From Paraspadella gotoi (Eukaryota > Animalia > Chaetognatha), in the NCBI GenBank assembly GCA_051294375.1, contig CM119265.1, positions 21,328,278-21,392,277 of the forward strand: a stretch of DNA of 64,000 bases, in the 5' to 3' direction. The translations under genes were made by a program, and so were the position numbers. Shown here piece after piece: positions 35,533 to 50,800 of the stretch (its first letter is position 1; each line of letters opens with the position of its first letter). The notes under the pieces were generated by a model, which was not told the origin of the DNA, ran no database searches, and worked only from the letters and a program-made list of their open reading frames with translations.

Positions 35533-38500
35533 GTCTCTCTCTCTCTCTCTCTCTCTCAAAATCCACTTCGTTTGGCGTCGCCTCTGGTCTCTATCTTTAT
35601 CTTGTCCGTCCCATTCGTTTCGTTCTTCGCAAGAAAGCGGCTTCCTCACCATAGATTCGCATCAATGGAATCTCTTCTTCTGCGAGGCATCTTCCTTCTT
35701 CTCTTCTATTTTCTTCTTCTTCTCTTTTCTCTCTTGCCCCGGCTCATCCTCCTCCTCCTCCTCCTCCTACCTCCTCCTACTCATGCGCCTCACAATTCGT
35801 TTAGCGGAGGAAATTTTCTTCTGCAAAATGCAACCAGTGAGCCGCGAATGGACGAGTTTTATGGATACGTTTCTGGTTTGTTTCTATGAAAACGATTTTA
35901 ATAATGTTTGGATGTTTACGATGACAGTTTTGAAAAAAGTTATTAGGAATTATCATTGGTTGTAAAGAGAACGAGACGAGAGAGAGATGAGAGAAGAAGA
36001 GAGAGAGAGAGAAAGATGAGAGAGAGAGATGAGAGAGAGAGAGAATAGAGAGGAGCTTGATTATAAATCCCGTGGGATTTATGGCTAATTTGCTTAGTGT
36101 TGCCATCTAAGGTTTCGTTTAATCTCATGACGGTAACAACTTGTTTGTCAAGACGATATTTTTTAAACAACTGAGATCCTTTCATTAGCAAATTTAATAC
36201 TATTTCCAAAGACCATGAGGGGATTGACAAGATTCGCGGCGTTGCGCGATATCTTTATTTATTTTACTTGAAAGGAAGATGAGAAAAGAGAGAAAAATAG
36301 TTTAATAACAAAAATATTTTCCTGCGACTAACTTTTTCATCCTTTCAGCAACATCCCTTTTTCAGTAAGCTGAGGAAAGAAAGAAAAAATAAGAAGAAAA
36401 GAAAGAAAAGAGTGAAAAAAGGAAAAGTTGAAATAGAAAAAATATATCTCTCTCTCTTCTATTTTCTTCGTCGATTTGGAGAGCAGCAGAGAGAAGAGAG
36501 AGGAGAGACGAGAAAGAGAGAGGAGCAGAGGAGAGAAGACTGAGATGAGAGAGAAGAGATGAGAGAGAGAGACGAGAGAGAGAGAAAGAGATTTTCCCTT
36601 TCATCCCGCGCCGGACCTTTTATTTTTCCCTTTATTTCTCCTTTATTCCCTTTTTCTCTTTCGATTTTTTTTCCCTTTTATTCTCTTTCTTTATTCCTTT
36701 ATTCGTTTTATCTCTGCTTGCATTTTTTTCTCTCGTCAATAAAATCAGTTGATTTAGTCTGATGACCGGGAGAACAAAACTGACTTGCTCGGACTTCCAC
36801 GCGGAATTCAAAGTCGAAAATGAGAAAAAGAGAATAACAAAGCTTAAAGTTTAAACCGCGAAAGAAAATGGAAAAAATTCATGTAAAAATAGAAAAATGT
36901 TGATTTCTTTCCCGTCTTTTTTTTTTTTCTTCGCAATACCACGAATTTTTAATTTAACTCTCGTATTGTTATTTTCGATTAAATGTCGGAGAAAGTTGAT
37001 TTGACGGGAATAAAGAAGTTCGAAGAGTCTTGGGTCGTCAATTATGTAGATATCATTTCCTTTCTTTGTCTATAATTTTTCTATTTAAAAAACCTTTTGT
37101 CCTAAATGATAGTTTATTTATTACGAATGTTGTGAACGCATAAATTTGGCTACAGCCTCAATCCCTCTTCCAAAGCGTAAAATTACTTGCCTTCCATGTA
37201 AATGAATGTTGTATAATAGATAAAATATAGATAAATAAATATATGTATGAAAAAAAAAAAAAAAGTAAAATAAATTAAATAAATTAGTTTTTGATCAATA
37301 GAAAACCGGATCACCAATGAATGCATAAAAATTTGCAAATTACTACTACTAAAAAACTGCACTACTACTTTTACCTGAGCGACGCCCTTAAAGTGAAATT
37401 AGTTCTGGTATTTAAGTTACGTTATATATCTTCCTTTTTTTCTCCTTTTGCGTCGATTCGTTTTCGAAGCCCAAATGAACAAGAAACCGGGATTTTGTCT
37501 TCAGGGGAAAAATTTTTATCTTGTCAATTTGGAAAAAGGAAATAGAAAGGAAATGTGAAAGAAAGGAAACAAAAACCTTTTTCTCCTTTTTTTTAACAAC
37601 AGGGGGAGAAGCAGAAGAAAGAACCGCGTTGGGGATCTATTTCTCATTGTCTCTTTTGTTCTCCCCTCTCTCCTCTCTCTCTCTGCTCTCTCTCTCTCTT
37701 CTCTCTCTCTCTCCTCTTCTTCTCTCTCTTCTCTCTCTATCTCTCTCTCTCTCTGCTCTCTCTCTCTCTCCTCTTCTCCTCTCTTCTCTTCCCCTTTCAA
37801 TTTTCTCTCTTTTTTCTCTTCAGTATTTTTTTGTTCCACTTCAAACCTTTCCCTTCTTATAGAGACTCAGAAATTCGGAAAGGAAAAGAATGAAAAGAAT
37901 GAAAGAAATAATTTCCCGTTAGATTAAAACGAAAGAATAGAGTTGTATGACGACCGGAGAAAGTAATATTTTTGTGACGTCGTCGACTTCAGTTGTTCGC
38001 TTCCCTACAATTGAAGAGAAAAAGTAGGTCCCAACTCCTGTTAGAAAAAGTCATTAAACAGGAAGGACCTTGTAATTTATGGAGAGGGATAACCGAAGTC
38101 GGCACATTTTTAATTTACAATATTTGAAACAGTGCCCTTTATTTCGTTTGAAATAAAATGCGGTAATAGGTTTCTCATTTTATTGATTAACCTTAAAAAA
38201 TAAGTGATCACTTCATAGATCAAAAGACTCTTTTAACGTCAAACGTCGAAATCTCAAAATCAAAAATCCTCGGGAAGAATGAAGTCAATTTCCATTCTGT
38301 CGACGAGCAACGGCGTCTGTTGGCGCCGATTTCGACGTTCGTCGTCGTTGTTTTGTCAGACAATTCGAAAAGGGCGCCTTCAAGATTTCCGATCGTTCCG
38401 AATTGTCACTTGACTCAGTGTTCGTTGTCAGTACTTATCATCGTGTCAGCGTCGCCGTTGTCGCGCCCATCGTCTATGTCTCATCGTCATTCGTTTCAAC

Positions 38501-41307
38501 GTTTCTTCGTCAAACTGTTCGCCATCATTATTCGTCGTTATTCGTTTTCTTCATAAACATCTAAAGTACTTCTTCGCCATCGTCATCGTCTCGCAACCGC
38601 TCCACACCCACCCGCCACAGCACCTCCCCAGTCCCTTCTGCGCTCCCTCCCGTCCTTTCGCGATCCGAAAAGTGTTAACTCGATTGGGTTCGGAAAAAAA
38701 ATCTTAAGAAGTCGCGAATCGTCAGGATCACCGGTCGTGGCTTTCCCGCCTCGTCAGAGTTCCCGGGGCGCGCCCTCCTTTCGAAACTTCACGCCAGAAA
38801 CGTTAGGGGCCCTTTTAAATTCATGGACTGGTCAGAGGCGGGCCTGCCTCTCTTCTCTCTCTCTCTCTCTCTTCTCTCTCTTCTCTCTCTCTCTCTCTTC
38901 TCTTCTCTTACTCTCTCTCTCTCTCATTCTCCTTCTCTCCATCCCAGTTTTACCCTGGAATGGCCCGTTTTTCTTATTTTGGAAACTCAGTCTTCTGGAT
39001 GAGTGAATTTTTGTCACGTAACTTGCCGGGCACCGCTCCTCCTCTTCCTCCTTTTTTTTCCTCCTCCTCCTCCTCCTCCTCCTCCTCCTTCCATATCTAC
39101 TTCAATCTTTTAGTCCTTTTGTTCGCGTCATTTTTATACTTTATATGGTGCCTTCGCCGCTGAGTCGCTTCCGGTCGCTTCAGAGCGTCGCCTTTCGATA
39201 ATGGCAATCTTGATCGCGATTTGATGGCAATGAAGACCTTGCGAAGGGACGACGACGACGACGACGACGGACGAACGACGACCGGACGGACGACGACGAC
39301 GACGACGACGACGACCGACGACGACGACGACGACGACGACGAATAATAAAGACCAATCAGGGGATTTGGAATTCAAGGATCCGTGTAACTGTTGCCTGCC
39401 GAGTAACTTGGAGGGGAAATTACAGGAAGATGATATCGTTGATGATAAAAGGATGAAGTCTTTCGAAGCAATTGAATCCAAATTTGTCTTTCTGCCAAAA
39501 AATTGTCTTTGTCGGAAAAAGCGTTTAGTTCGTCTCTTTGGAGATCGCCGGGGTGCTAAATTAAGTATGAATACCTTAAATCAATGTAATGTTACATACA
39601 GCGATTTGTACAATGTAAAAGCAGTTAATATGCTACCTGGTAATTTGAAAATATAAAATTAATCTTTTTCTATGAGTTAATGTTCACGATGGTACGTTGT
39701 TCATTAATTGACTGCAAGCCTTTGGAAAACCTCAGTACAACCTCCCCCTCAGGATCTGCTTGTAACTGTCTCCGGAATTGCCTTGCGTACAGTTAGAGGT
39801 TCTCGTGTTTTTTCCAATCTAGGGTCAAAAATAAAAAAATTCAAGTCAAAACGACAACAACGGGACGACGACGACACACGACGACGAAGCTCTCTCGATC
39901 GTTCGTAATCCGCTCCGCCACCTTTTCATCTCTAGTAAACGAAAAGATAAAAAATAAAAGAAAAAGAAGAAATCTCCTTTTTCGAATTCCCGAGTTCTTG
40001 CTTCTTATTCTTAACTGCAATATCACGTTTTTCTCCGGTGGCCTCCATGGGGATCGACCCATGGCATGGAGATCGACATTGGCATGGAATTGACATGGCC
40101 ATGGGATCGACAATGGCATGGTAGATCGACATGGCATGGAGGTCGACTTGGAATGAAGATCGACATGGCATGGAGATCGACATGGCGTAGTGGAACTGAT
40201 CCGACATGGCGTGGAGATTGACAAAGCATAGGAGATGCGAACATGTCATAGGACGAATCGCACATGGCGTGGAGATTAATGCCAAGGCATGGAGCATCGA
40301 CATGGGCATGGGGACTCGACATGTCATGTAGATCGACATGGGCATGATGGTAGATTCGACATGGCATGCGAAATCGAAAGTATGAGGGATCGCGAAGATG
40401 TATTGTCCCGAAATAATAAGACGATTTTTTTGTGATCCCCCAAATTTTTTTTCTCTACTCGAATGGATTTTTTTTATTTAATGTGTTTGGAGGTTGAAGA
40501 GGTTTTAGGGGGTAGAGGCAGGGGGGGCGTGTGGACGAACCCTGCGATGCCTTGGCGAAAAATATAAAATCCTTCGTTGTGCGCAGAAAACTCATGGATG
40601 GCAAAGATGAGAAGAGCGTGATAGGCAAAACATTGTCCATTATGAGGGAGGAAGCGTTTTAAGGGAAGTTCTGAGGCGGAAGAGAGAAGTTGAACCTTAC
40701 TGAATGTAGAGTGAACAAGAAAAAGAAAAGTTTGTGAAATAAAATTCCCTCCGAGTTTTCATTTGAAAAATTTGTTTTTTCTTTTCCTTTTAATAATCAA
40801 AATACATGCAGTTTCGAGTAACCTACTTTAGCTTTCGACATCGTGTGACAGTGCAACAGATGTTTGTATTTAAAAAAACGATCAGTAACGTGCGTTAATT
40901 GTATTATTTTAAAATGCTAGTACTAATTCACTATTCACAACCTACGGTAACAATATTCACTGACAAAAGTCACTAAGCATTTTTGAAACTTTAGGATTGA
41001 AGTTTAGTAGGATTATTCTAGCATTTTTCCCCGAAAGAGCTTCACAGGTCCAAATGAAGTTGTGATTCAAAAAAGTGTTTAGAAATCGTTCGCGAATATA
41101 AAATTCTTTTGTTCCCCAAAAACTCAAGAATCGTTCGACTCCACAAGGTGTTCCAAAACCCGTTCCCAAGATCGACCGACGGAAAAAAAAAGAATAGAGA
41201 GAAATTAACCTGACAGATTTTACGATAAGACGGAAAGTCTCACAAAGGAATTAGGCTGATGCCACTGTCAGTTTAAACCAGTCTTTGTCCATTCTCTCTT
41301 CTTTCTC

Positions 41308-41339
<32 letters not shown>

Positions 41340-41753
41340 CTCACTCTCTCTCTCTCTCGTCTCTCTCCTCTTCTCATCTCTCTCTCGCTACTGCTCAATT
41401 TTTGCGTAGTATCCCAGAAGTGGGCATTGAACCACTTCGAGTGTGGAACGAAATCAGCTTTCTGCTCGCTCATTCAAACGACCGCCCCATAAAATTTTTC
41501 CGTCCAAACCCTTGCAGGACACTTCACTAATTTGTTACACCATCGGACTCGAACTCGATAATCCCATTCTTTCCACGGCCTGAAAACTACCTTTAAAAAA
41601 AGTTAGGGGAATTCTTTTCTGTCTCTATTTTTTTTCTTTTTCGCCGAAAAGAGATGGAATTTATGGAACGAAAACTCGCTAACGACGAAGAACAGTCAAA
41701 CTATCGTGACAATGTTCTAAAAGAAAATCGTCATTACAAATAGAAAATACTCC

Positions 41754-41786
<33 letters not shown>

Positions 41787-41795
41787 CTCTCTCTC
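34796..41795. repeat. Left arm of a large inverted duplication
   Basis: 34796-35420 is the reverse complement of about 63440-64000; 35450-41795 is the reverse complement of about 54690-61080. Confidence 0.93.
40046..40370 (-). repeat. 17-bp minisatellite (inverted copy of 56200-56497)
   Basis: GAGATCGACATGGCATG units. Confidence 0.9.
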
Positions 41796-41820
41796 NNNNN
41801 NNNNNNNNNNNNNNNNNNNN

Positions 41821-44800
41821 AGAGGTGATCTTCTGAAAAGAAAATTATTGACGCGAGCAGAGTCTGCGTCTCGCATGCAGTTATCGTTCCTACCACACGT
41901 ACGACGTCTAGCATTCGTTAAGATCTCCATGCGAGTAGACTCTCGTCTCTTACCCTCTCCGTCGGCGACATCTCTCTCTCTGCTATCGTCACGCTCTTCT
42001 CTCCAGTTCAAATCCGTGACTGTCTCTAGATTTGCCAATCAGAACAATTCGAGCACCGCATGGACCTGTAAGCTACGGGGGACTTACATCCGTAGATACT
42101 CTGACATTTCGTACTGGTTGTTCCTTTGAATGGCCAGAGCTAGTGCAGCGGGAGTATCATCCAGGCGTAATCAGGCCGGATGAGTGATATTTACATGCAT
42201 GGGGTCACTGCAGTCTAAATGGCGGAGGTGGGAAGATGATAAAAGTGGTTGTTGGTTCATATCATCTCTCCGCCAGCGGAACCACTCGATACCTCCTTTG
42301 ACGAGCGATTGCTCACTCGAGAAGAACCCTATCAAATGCCAACTGTGATACGAAACGAGAGCGACCCCAGGCTGTTTGGGCTGGGATGAAAGATTGCATT
42401 AAACGCGAATCGCCTCGTCTTTATTTTAGGGCGACGACTGACGAAAACTAACGCATGGCGTTCGGACAAATTGGATTGTCTTTGGATACATTCAACATCT
42501 TCACACCTGTTACGCCAGCCTCGACTGATGCCACCGTACCACACATGCATATCAAGTCTACTACCAGGTTCTCACTACACTCTCATTTGACCATCACTAC
42601 GACAGTACCTCTCCACTAAACAATTACATTTTCTCACTCCAATTTCACCCTTTCGCCACCCTTCCCCAGATCACTATTTCCACTCCCCTTCTCCCCCCTT
42701 CTGCTCCCCTCTCTCGACAGCAGTCTTCCTCCCTTCTCACTTCTCCCTCGCTCCTCGACTCGTCCGAGATACGCGCTGACGCTCCGCGCGTCTGTGCAAA
42801 TTCTCGACTGATGGCTAAGCTCACGAATTGCTTACTCTCATCAGCAATTCGCAGAACTACGCCCGTCGCACCCCGCGTTGCCGTCAACGCAGCACTTCAC
42901 GCCGCATTCCGTCGACACGTTCTTTATGAGTAACTCGTCATTTAATCTCGTCGAGTCTCCGTCTCCTCCATTATCTGAGTGTCTTTGTTCGCCTCCGCGA
43001 GATTCAAACGCCAGTGCCAGCCATCCAGCGCGCAACTTTCTGCGTGACACGGCGTTTAACAACGTCCGTAACAAGCGCACACTCCGAACATAGTCAAACT
43101 CTATCGTCCACGACAAGTTCTCACACACGAACACCCTATCCCTCCAATCGCAAACCCTCATCCCACGTCAGTACAGTATCGGTAGTATTGCATCGAATAA
43201 CGGTCCAGTCTACTTCTCCTGACTCGTTGTCTCTCTTCTCCTCTCGTCTCTCTTCTACCTCTCCTTCCCTCCTCTCTCTCAATCTTCTCCTACTCTTCCT
43301 CTCTCATCTCTTCTCTTTCCTCCCTTGTCCCTTCAATTCTCTCACTCTTCTCTCTCTTCTTCCTACATTCTCTACCTCCGTTTTCACGTGCAAGCATGCT
43401 TGTCCATTCGAATGCTCCATTATACCGAATCTTAAGCATTACGTCTTGCATTGTTTCGCTACTCTGATCAAAAGATCCTCAAATTTCTCACATTTACCTC
43501 TAATATACATGGCTTCTTGTTGTCTATCCCCATAGCGTGTGTCCGTCACAATTAGTCTCGACATTGTCCTCTGCAATCGTAGCTTGTAGTGGTCATAGCT
43601 GCGTCGTCCTCAATTTTTCATTGCCATTTAGGTCGGCTTCCTTCATCTATCTATCCTTGCATACTCGTCCTCAATCGTCCATGCTTCCGTCTAATCCTAT
43701 TCTTCTAGAATAGATATATCGGTGCCCTCTCGTCCCTCAATTCTCCATTTCCTCTCAGTACTTCTTTGTTCCTACCCTCTCGTTCCTCCCTCTATTCCTC
43801 TTTTTCTTCCTCTTCTCTTTATTTCTCTTTCTCCTTTTTTTCTCATTCCATTAATTTCCTTTCTATACCTGCAAATTTTCCTCCAACAGTTGCCTTATCG
43901 TTTTACTGGGTACGACTTTCAGATTTCGTACTCTAAGTGATATGATCGGTCGAAGTAATCCTCGAGAGAACATATGTGCGCAGAGACTGCGCTATTCCCC
44001 GCTCGCGCTTGCTCCTATGTGGTCTTAACACCTCATAACTCGCGTATTCTCCTAGGCCCTCATATCTCTTCACAGCTCGATATACCTCCTCCCTCCATCT
44101 TCCGTGTGTGTTGATCACTTCTCTTCTACGGGGTAATTCTTCCTCTTCACTGTTACATCTGAGTTTTTTCAAGCGCCCGCTACACTGAGAGCCATAATAT
44201 AACGACTACAGTTTATGGTCCACGAGCGACCTGATCGCCAGCCAAGGCAATCCAGAATTTGATCAATCCTTCCTTCTCTCTTTCCTCTCTTTCCCTTTGA
44301 CATTTCCACCTCTTGCTCTCTTCATCTTCCCCTTCTGCTCCATCCTACTCTCTTTTAGCGAGGTCTCTCTCCTTTTATTCCATGTTAAAAAAAAACTGTA
44401 TCTACGATTCCATGCATAACTCACTTCTTCTGCGTGACTCGTGACATATTTGTTTTATTCCTTACTTTTTATCTCTCTCTTCTCAAAAAAATTGTAGAGA
44501 AACATAATAACACTCTCTCTCTCTCTCTCGATCTACTACGACTACTACTCGAAAAAGATAGAATTCCAATATGAAAATAGCCAGATTACCCGTTTTGCTG
44601 TTTTAGACCCTTATCTGGAGAAAAATTGAAAAGTTAAAAATTCTTTTTACACAAATAATTTAATTTAATTATAGTCTTAATTTTAACAATTCAGTTTGCT
44701 CCCATATAACGGATCCGTGGATGTTACTATTATCACTCTGGAAACTATCAGGAGTAATCTACACACATACGCAGTGTAACTCAATATTTCTCTCAGTCCC

Positions 44801-47800
44801 CTTTGCGTCATTTCTAATCTCAATAATGCATCTATCTCAACATCGTTCTTGTTCAGGTACAGTTATCCTTATATGAAAAAATTCAATATCGGCCGAACAT
44901 TGGAGGGGCTGGGCAGCTGGAAAATATATTTGGGATTAAGGGTTCATATAATTAATTCGGGTATCTGGGTATCACAATGATAAGGTGGTTAAATGTTATG
45001 GTAATTTTATTAACTCTTGCTTCATATTTGGTCTTATATTTTCATAGTATTTTCTTTATATATACGTATAGGAAATGATTAAATCTCGCTACTCCTTAAC
45101 GGCGTGACAGGTACTTTGCAAATTTTAGATTCTCTCATATTCTTTTCGCATGCCTCCATGATGAATCATCACACGTGTATGTGACGGATCATTCTCGAAT
45201 TTACTTAGTATACTTCCATACATTTCGTAAAGCAACATCACATCTCTTCAACTGTCCTTATCTCTCCTAATATTCGTCCCGAAAAACCTCAAAGTGATTC
45301 TCGCTCTGCTGAATTTCTCGAATATTAAGACGGACAGCCGTAAATTTCGTTATACATCCATATTCTTATCTACTCGATCTTCAAAGTCCTCACTTCTTCC
45401 CTCTCTCTCAATCTCCTCACACTTCTCGTCCCTCTTCACATACATCTGCTCGTCCTGAACATTACTCACTCTCGTCCTCTTCTCCTCTCGTCCTCATCCT
45501 CCCTCTCGTCCTCTTCCTCCCCTCTCGTAACCTCTTCTTCCCCTTCTTATCTTTCCTCTCTCTTCTCTTCTTCTTCTCGTCCATCTTCCTCTCTCTCGTC
45601 CCTCCATCCATCCAGTATCGTCCTCCCTCTCTTACCATACGTTCCTCTCTTCTTCTCCCTCTCCCTCTCCTCCCCTCCTCCACTCCTCCTTTCTCCCCGA
45701 AGAAGTGCCCACCCACCGTGCGGGATAAATCTTCTATGATTAATCAAGGGAGGCGGCGCAAAACTATCACTGTCAAGCGGTTTAACCCCAACCAAAGAGG
45801 GCGGACTGATCGTACGAGAATAGGAAATTTAAAATTACATAGGGGGAAAAAGAAAAGGTAAAATAAAAAGGAGATTAAAAAAAAAGGGAAATAAGGAGAG
45901 ATATAATATAAAAGTTATAAAAAGAAGGTAGGGCTCTAGGTTTCACAAGCACTTGTGTAGGTTTTTTCTGCGTCTATTCCTCCTCGCCTACCTTCCTCGT
46001 GGCCATGCCCTTCTTGCTTCACCCGCTTACAGTGCATATTTTCTTTACTTTTCTCGCTCTGAATTGTTTGCCTTCGTTACTATTGTTTAGCTTTTTATCC
46101 TTATCTTCTCTTATTCTCTCGTTTTCGTAGCTCTCTAAAATCGTTTAATATGATCGTGACTGATGTATAACTTAAATGAAAGAAGATGAGAAAGCAGGAG
46201 AGAAAAATGGATGGATTGTATTTGATAAAAAGAGGAGAAGAAAGAGACGCCGAAGCGAGTCACCGGGTGATTAAAAGGCGTATGCCAATGAGCAGCGCCA
46301 CGACTGACACGCCACGGTGATAAAGATTTGACGTATGACAGGCGCCAGCGCTTAGTGCACCCAGGTGATTAAAAGCCTCCGACGCGGCTCATGTGTGGAA
46401 GAAGAGGAACAACTTTTCTACACAGAGAAAAGCGGCAATGACGACGACAATGGACGGACGGGACGACGAGTGAACGGAGGAAAAGCCATATCACAAAAGA
46501 AGTATTAGGCGAACCTGGGAAGATGGAGAGAACAGTACAGCTTAGTCTTTGTACGGGTCAATCCGCGGTTGTTCTTTTAAAAAAAAAATAAAAAGTGTCA
46601 CTTCCTTTCACTTAGGTATCTCTCTCTTCTGTCTCGATAGTTAAACGGCGCTTACTTAATCTACCTTCTTACATGTTACTTACCCATCCATCATCCTTTA
46701 ACAGATACACATCCTGTAGCATTGCAACGATCTCCCCTCTCTTTCTCTCCCACTAACATTCTCGGAATGACCCAAAAACTCCCCATACCTACCTACCCCA
46801 CACACATATAAGAAAAGGCACACACTGAGAAGGAGACCACTGGAGGATTTATCGATGCCTAAGATTCAAAGTTCCTCGATGTCGACCTTTTGAATGCTTT
46901 ATCTCGTTTTTGAGATAAATCTTTGAATACGTCCGGTACAATCTGGTCTGTGAAGAGTCTATGTGATAAATAATGATATGATACTCGAAAAGAATACCAT
47001 AAAACCCTTAGTGGGAGCGAGAAGGTGCGGTACCGGTGAGAAGTTTGAGAGCGAAGTATTATGGGAGAATGGGATAGAAAATCGATTCGACTGAATGATT
47101 AATGAAAATAATGACAGCTAGTAGAGCACGGCATTATTCTAATACCTCTCACGTCGCGCGCGCCAAAAAATGGGAGGGAGCGCGAAGTTTTGAGGAGGCA
47201 ACAAGTTGACGGAGAAACCCGCCTTTCGAATTTGTTTACAGAGAGTCGAAAGCTAAGATGGGAGAAGAGAGACGAGTTTTGGAGGTTAAAAGAGAAAGTG
47301 AGCAGAGGAGAGAGCTAGAGAGGAAGAAGACTGAGAGGCTTTTTGAGCATTGTCGTCAAGAGAGAGGGAGAGGAGCAAGGAGATGTATTAGCAAGTGAGA
47401 GAGCTAATGAGCTCGAATACATGGAAACCCACTGTATTAATCTTTCATCAATAAGTGTGAGAAGAGTCAAAGTTTTGGTCTGATGGGTGAAGAAAGTTTT
47501 CGAGAACTGGAGAAACAGGCCCAGCTTTTTAACTTTTGATCAGCAAGAGAGAAAATGGAAGAAGCCGAAGCGAGTCTCTGCCGTTTGTTTTTGTTCCTTT
47601 AATAATAAAAAAATTAGACCTTCGCAGATTAGAACACAATATTAAACTCTTAGTTAGATTATAAAAATGAAAGAGAGGATACTTTCTTTGGAGAAAAAGA
47701 CATACGATCCTCAGAGATAGTACGAGTAACATGGAGATCAAAAATTGCTATATATAAATTACTTCACCCTTTATAGGCGTTCTATAAATTAGTGATCAAG

Positions 47801-50800
47801 ATTTCATTACGCTAGAATTACCAAAAAGAGTCAAATTCAAAATCGGGCTCCCGCAGTCTTCACTCATTTTACCACAAAACACTTAAAAGTATAACGAATG
47901 CACGTATGAATTTAATACACAATAATTGTCAAACGCCGAAATTAATTAAGTAAATAATGAAGTGAAAAAATTGTCTAATAATGACCGCGCGGACCGAATC
48001 CCGTTCATTGACAAGAGACCTACGACGCTACCGCAACGTGTCCCACCTTCCACTCATTCTTCAACCTTATCCACGACTTGCTCCCTCCCCCGAAATGGAA
48101 ATCGTAGCAGTAGTCCAGTTACGCAAGAAACTCCTCCACTTCTCACCACCGCTAGAATTGAGCTATTCGCACGATTCACAATTTCTCTTTTCTTCTCCCT
48201 CGTTTTTTTTTCACGACTCGTAGGATCGGCTTCAATAAATCTCATCACAACTCACCAGGCGAAGAAAAAGAGTGGGTTTATGCGCGAGTATTTCTTCCAG
48301 AGATATAATTGGGAACCAAAAGGAGTTTTGTTTATATTAGAGAGTTTTTTTTGTATGTATTCTGAGGAGAAAAGAACGTGGAAGATTATGTAATAAGTGA
48401 ATGATGTCAAGTAGGAAAGAAAAACCGAATCGGCCGATGTCATTTCTTAGAATGTTCACTACTAAAATATTTCGCTCTCATTGTTCAAACGCCGCGTCTA
48501 AATAAAAAACAAAAACCGTAATCTTATTTGAAATTTAAAAATAATGTTTGCAATTTTATGTACGAACGTAACAAAGTTTTTTCTCTCTCTCTGCCTCCTT
48601 ATAAAAACGAATGCCAACATTTACAATTACATAGAGGTTTCAGCTAACTTGCGAATTTGTTATCAAAGAAATTTGCCGCCACATTTTCGTTTACGTTTTG
48701 AGGGAATTTTTTCCTCCAAAAATTTGTTCATCACATCTTTCTCTTTATTGTTACCATCGGTCAAAGAGAAACAAAAAAACTGCAATCTTTTTCAGTTCAT
48801 CATTCCCGACAAACGAAAAAAGAAAATCAAAGCTTTTGTCATCTCTCTCATCTCTCTCTTCTCTCTTTCTCTCTCTCTCTCTCATTCTCTCTTCATCTCC
48901 TCTCTCTCCTCATGCTCTTCCTCTCCCCTTAGTTCCCATTTTTTTAATCTTTGGCTCATAAAACGAAAAATAAAAGTTGGAAAGAAATCAAACAGATGAG
49001 CCTTTAAGCATTTCACTTTTTACAACTGAGGGGCGCGCCTCCCAAAAAAATTTCGGTGCCGGCCGCGTTCCGGCCTTCTCCGCCCCCTCTACCCTCCCTT
49101 CGCTCAGAAACAATTTTTTTTTATATGCGTCCATTAGAATCATTTCGTGAAGCGGAGACGCTTTCGGCTGTCGTCCGTCTTTTTCGTCGTCAGTCGTCCA
49201 GTTTGTCGTCTTCAATTATGCATCGTCGTGTTTTCAACTTTTTTCAAATCGTAGTTTGTACATCGTTTCTGACTTTTTTTGTTTTAAACATCTGCGTCAT
49301 CCGAGTACTTTCGTTTGTGTCTTTTCATCTTTTCATTGACGGACATCAATTTACGCCGTCGTCGTCTTCGTCGGCGTCTTCTTGTTAATCTTAGTCGTAG
49401 TGTCAGTCGTCGTCTTGCTTGTCATCTTGGCGTCATCCACATCTTCGTCTTGATCGTCGTCGTCTTCGTCGTCGGATCTTCGAAGCTTCCAATCGGGGAT
49501 CAACGCTCTGGGATTTTCCCCTCGGCTCGCGGAGGTGGGCGCTTCGATCCCGCTTCGACCGGAAGCGCCCCGACTTTTTCGAAGCGCTAATTTCTCGTCT
49601 TCGGAGGAGGAGGGCGATGGCGCGGTTCGAGTTTGGAACGAACGCCCCCTCGATGTGAGAGCGATGAATCGCTGAGTGGGGAGAGTCAAGTCGGAGAAAC
49701 TGCTGGGAGAATATTGCCAAGTCTTTTGAGGGAAGAAGAAACTTCCCTCGGAATTTATAAAGATTAGACAAGAAAATCTTGAGAAAGAAATTATATGCCA
49801 ATTTAAAAAAAATGTTTAAATAATATAGGTTGCTCATAAGATGGATTTTTATAGACTTTATGTTATATGTTATATTTCTTTTGGGCAGCTTGACGGACAG
49901 TTTATCCTGTGCGTAGTTGCGTAAACTCTTTATAATGCAAAATGAATTATAAGAAATCATTACCTTCCTAATATCTACTTTTGCTTTCTCACTAATGTGA
50001 GTCAATTTTCAATCTGCATGCCATAACATGTTATCGGCGATCTGTCATATTCCGCTCACATTGAGCCTCACTGCAGGTAGCCTCTCGCATGTGATAGGCT
50101 TGTGTGTCGCTACTGTTCATTATCGACTGTATCTCGTCGTATTGCACTCCGCTGACAGATTGTCTCACTACTTCCTTCTCCTTTCTTTCTTTCCTTCTCT
50201 TTCTTTCTTCTTTCTCTCTCCTCTATATTTCTGGCTGACCGACTCATCCTTGATGTCTTGTCTATTTTGTGAGAACACGACTGCCTCCGACACTTTGCTG
50301 CGATCGATATGTGCGGGGCCCGTCGTAATCGGTGCAGACGGACGAGCCCGGACTATAATTGACGAGCGACTCTCGAGAGAATGCTCTGATGATGCATCTG
50401 CGTACTCTCTATCGTCATAACTTACTCTCTCTCCTATCTGCATCTATCTCTCGTGTACTCTCTCTCTGACCTCTCTCTGCCGTTCCCTGCCCGTCCCCGC
50501 GCGTCTCTCCTCTCTCTCCCTCATTCATAACCCTGCCTACTCCTCGTCGTTCTGGCTCTCTCGAGCTGGCAGCCAAACACTGACAAAGAACCCTCGCGCG
50601 CTGCGTGCGACCACTAATGACCCCCAGTAATATGGCCTCAACGCTCGCAGGTCATTAAAGATGATCGCGAGGGAAGGTGACTGACGGTGGCGATGGACCG
50701 GCCGGGCTGACACGTGAGCGAGAGATGCAGCGAGACTAGAGAATCGTATGCGGTCGTCCGTCCGTCCGAGAGGAAAACAAAAAGCCTGTCCGGACAATGC

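Noticed and set aside
39841-40367. Cys/His/Met-rich ORFs (MPCRSPCHVDLH) suggesting a metal-binding protein
   Set aside because: Product of a stop-free 17-bp satellite, open in all frames and on both strands
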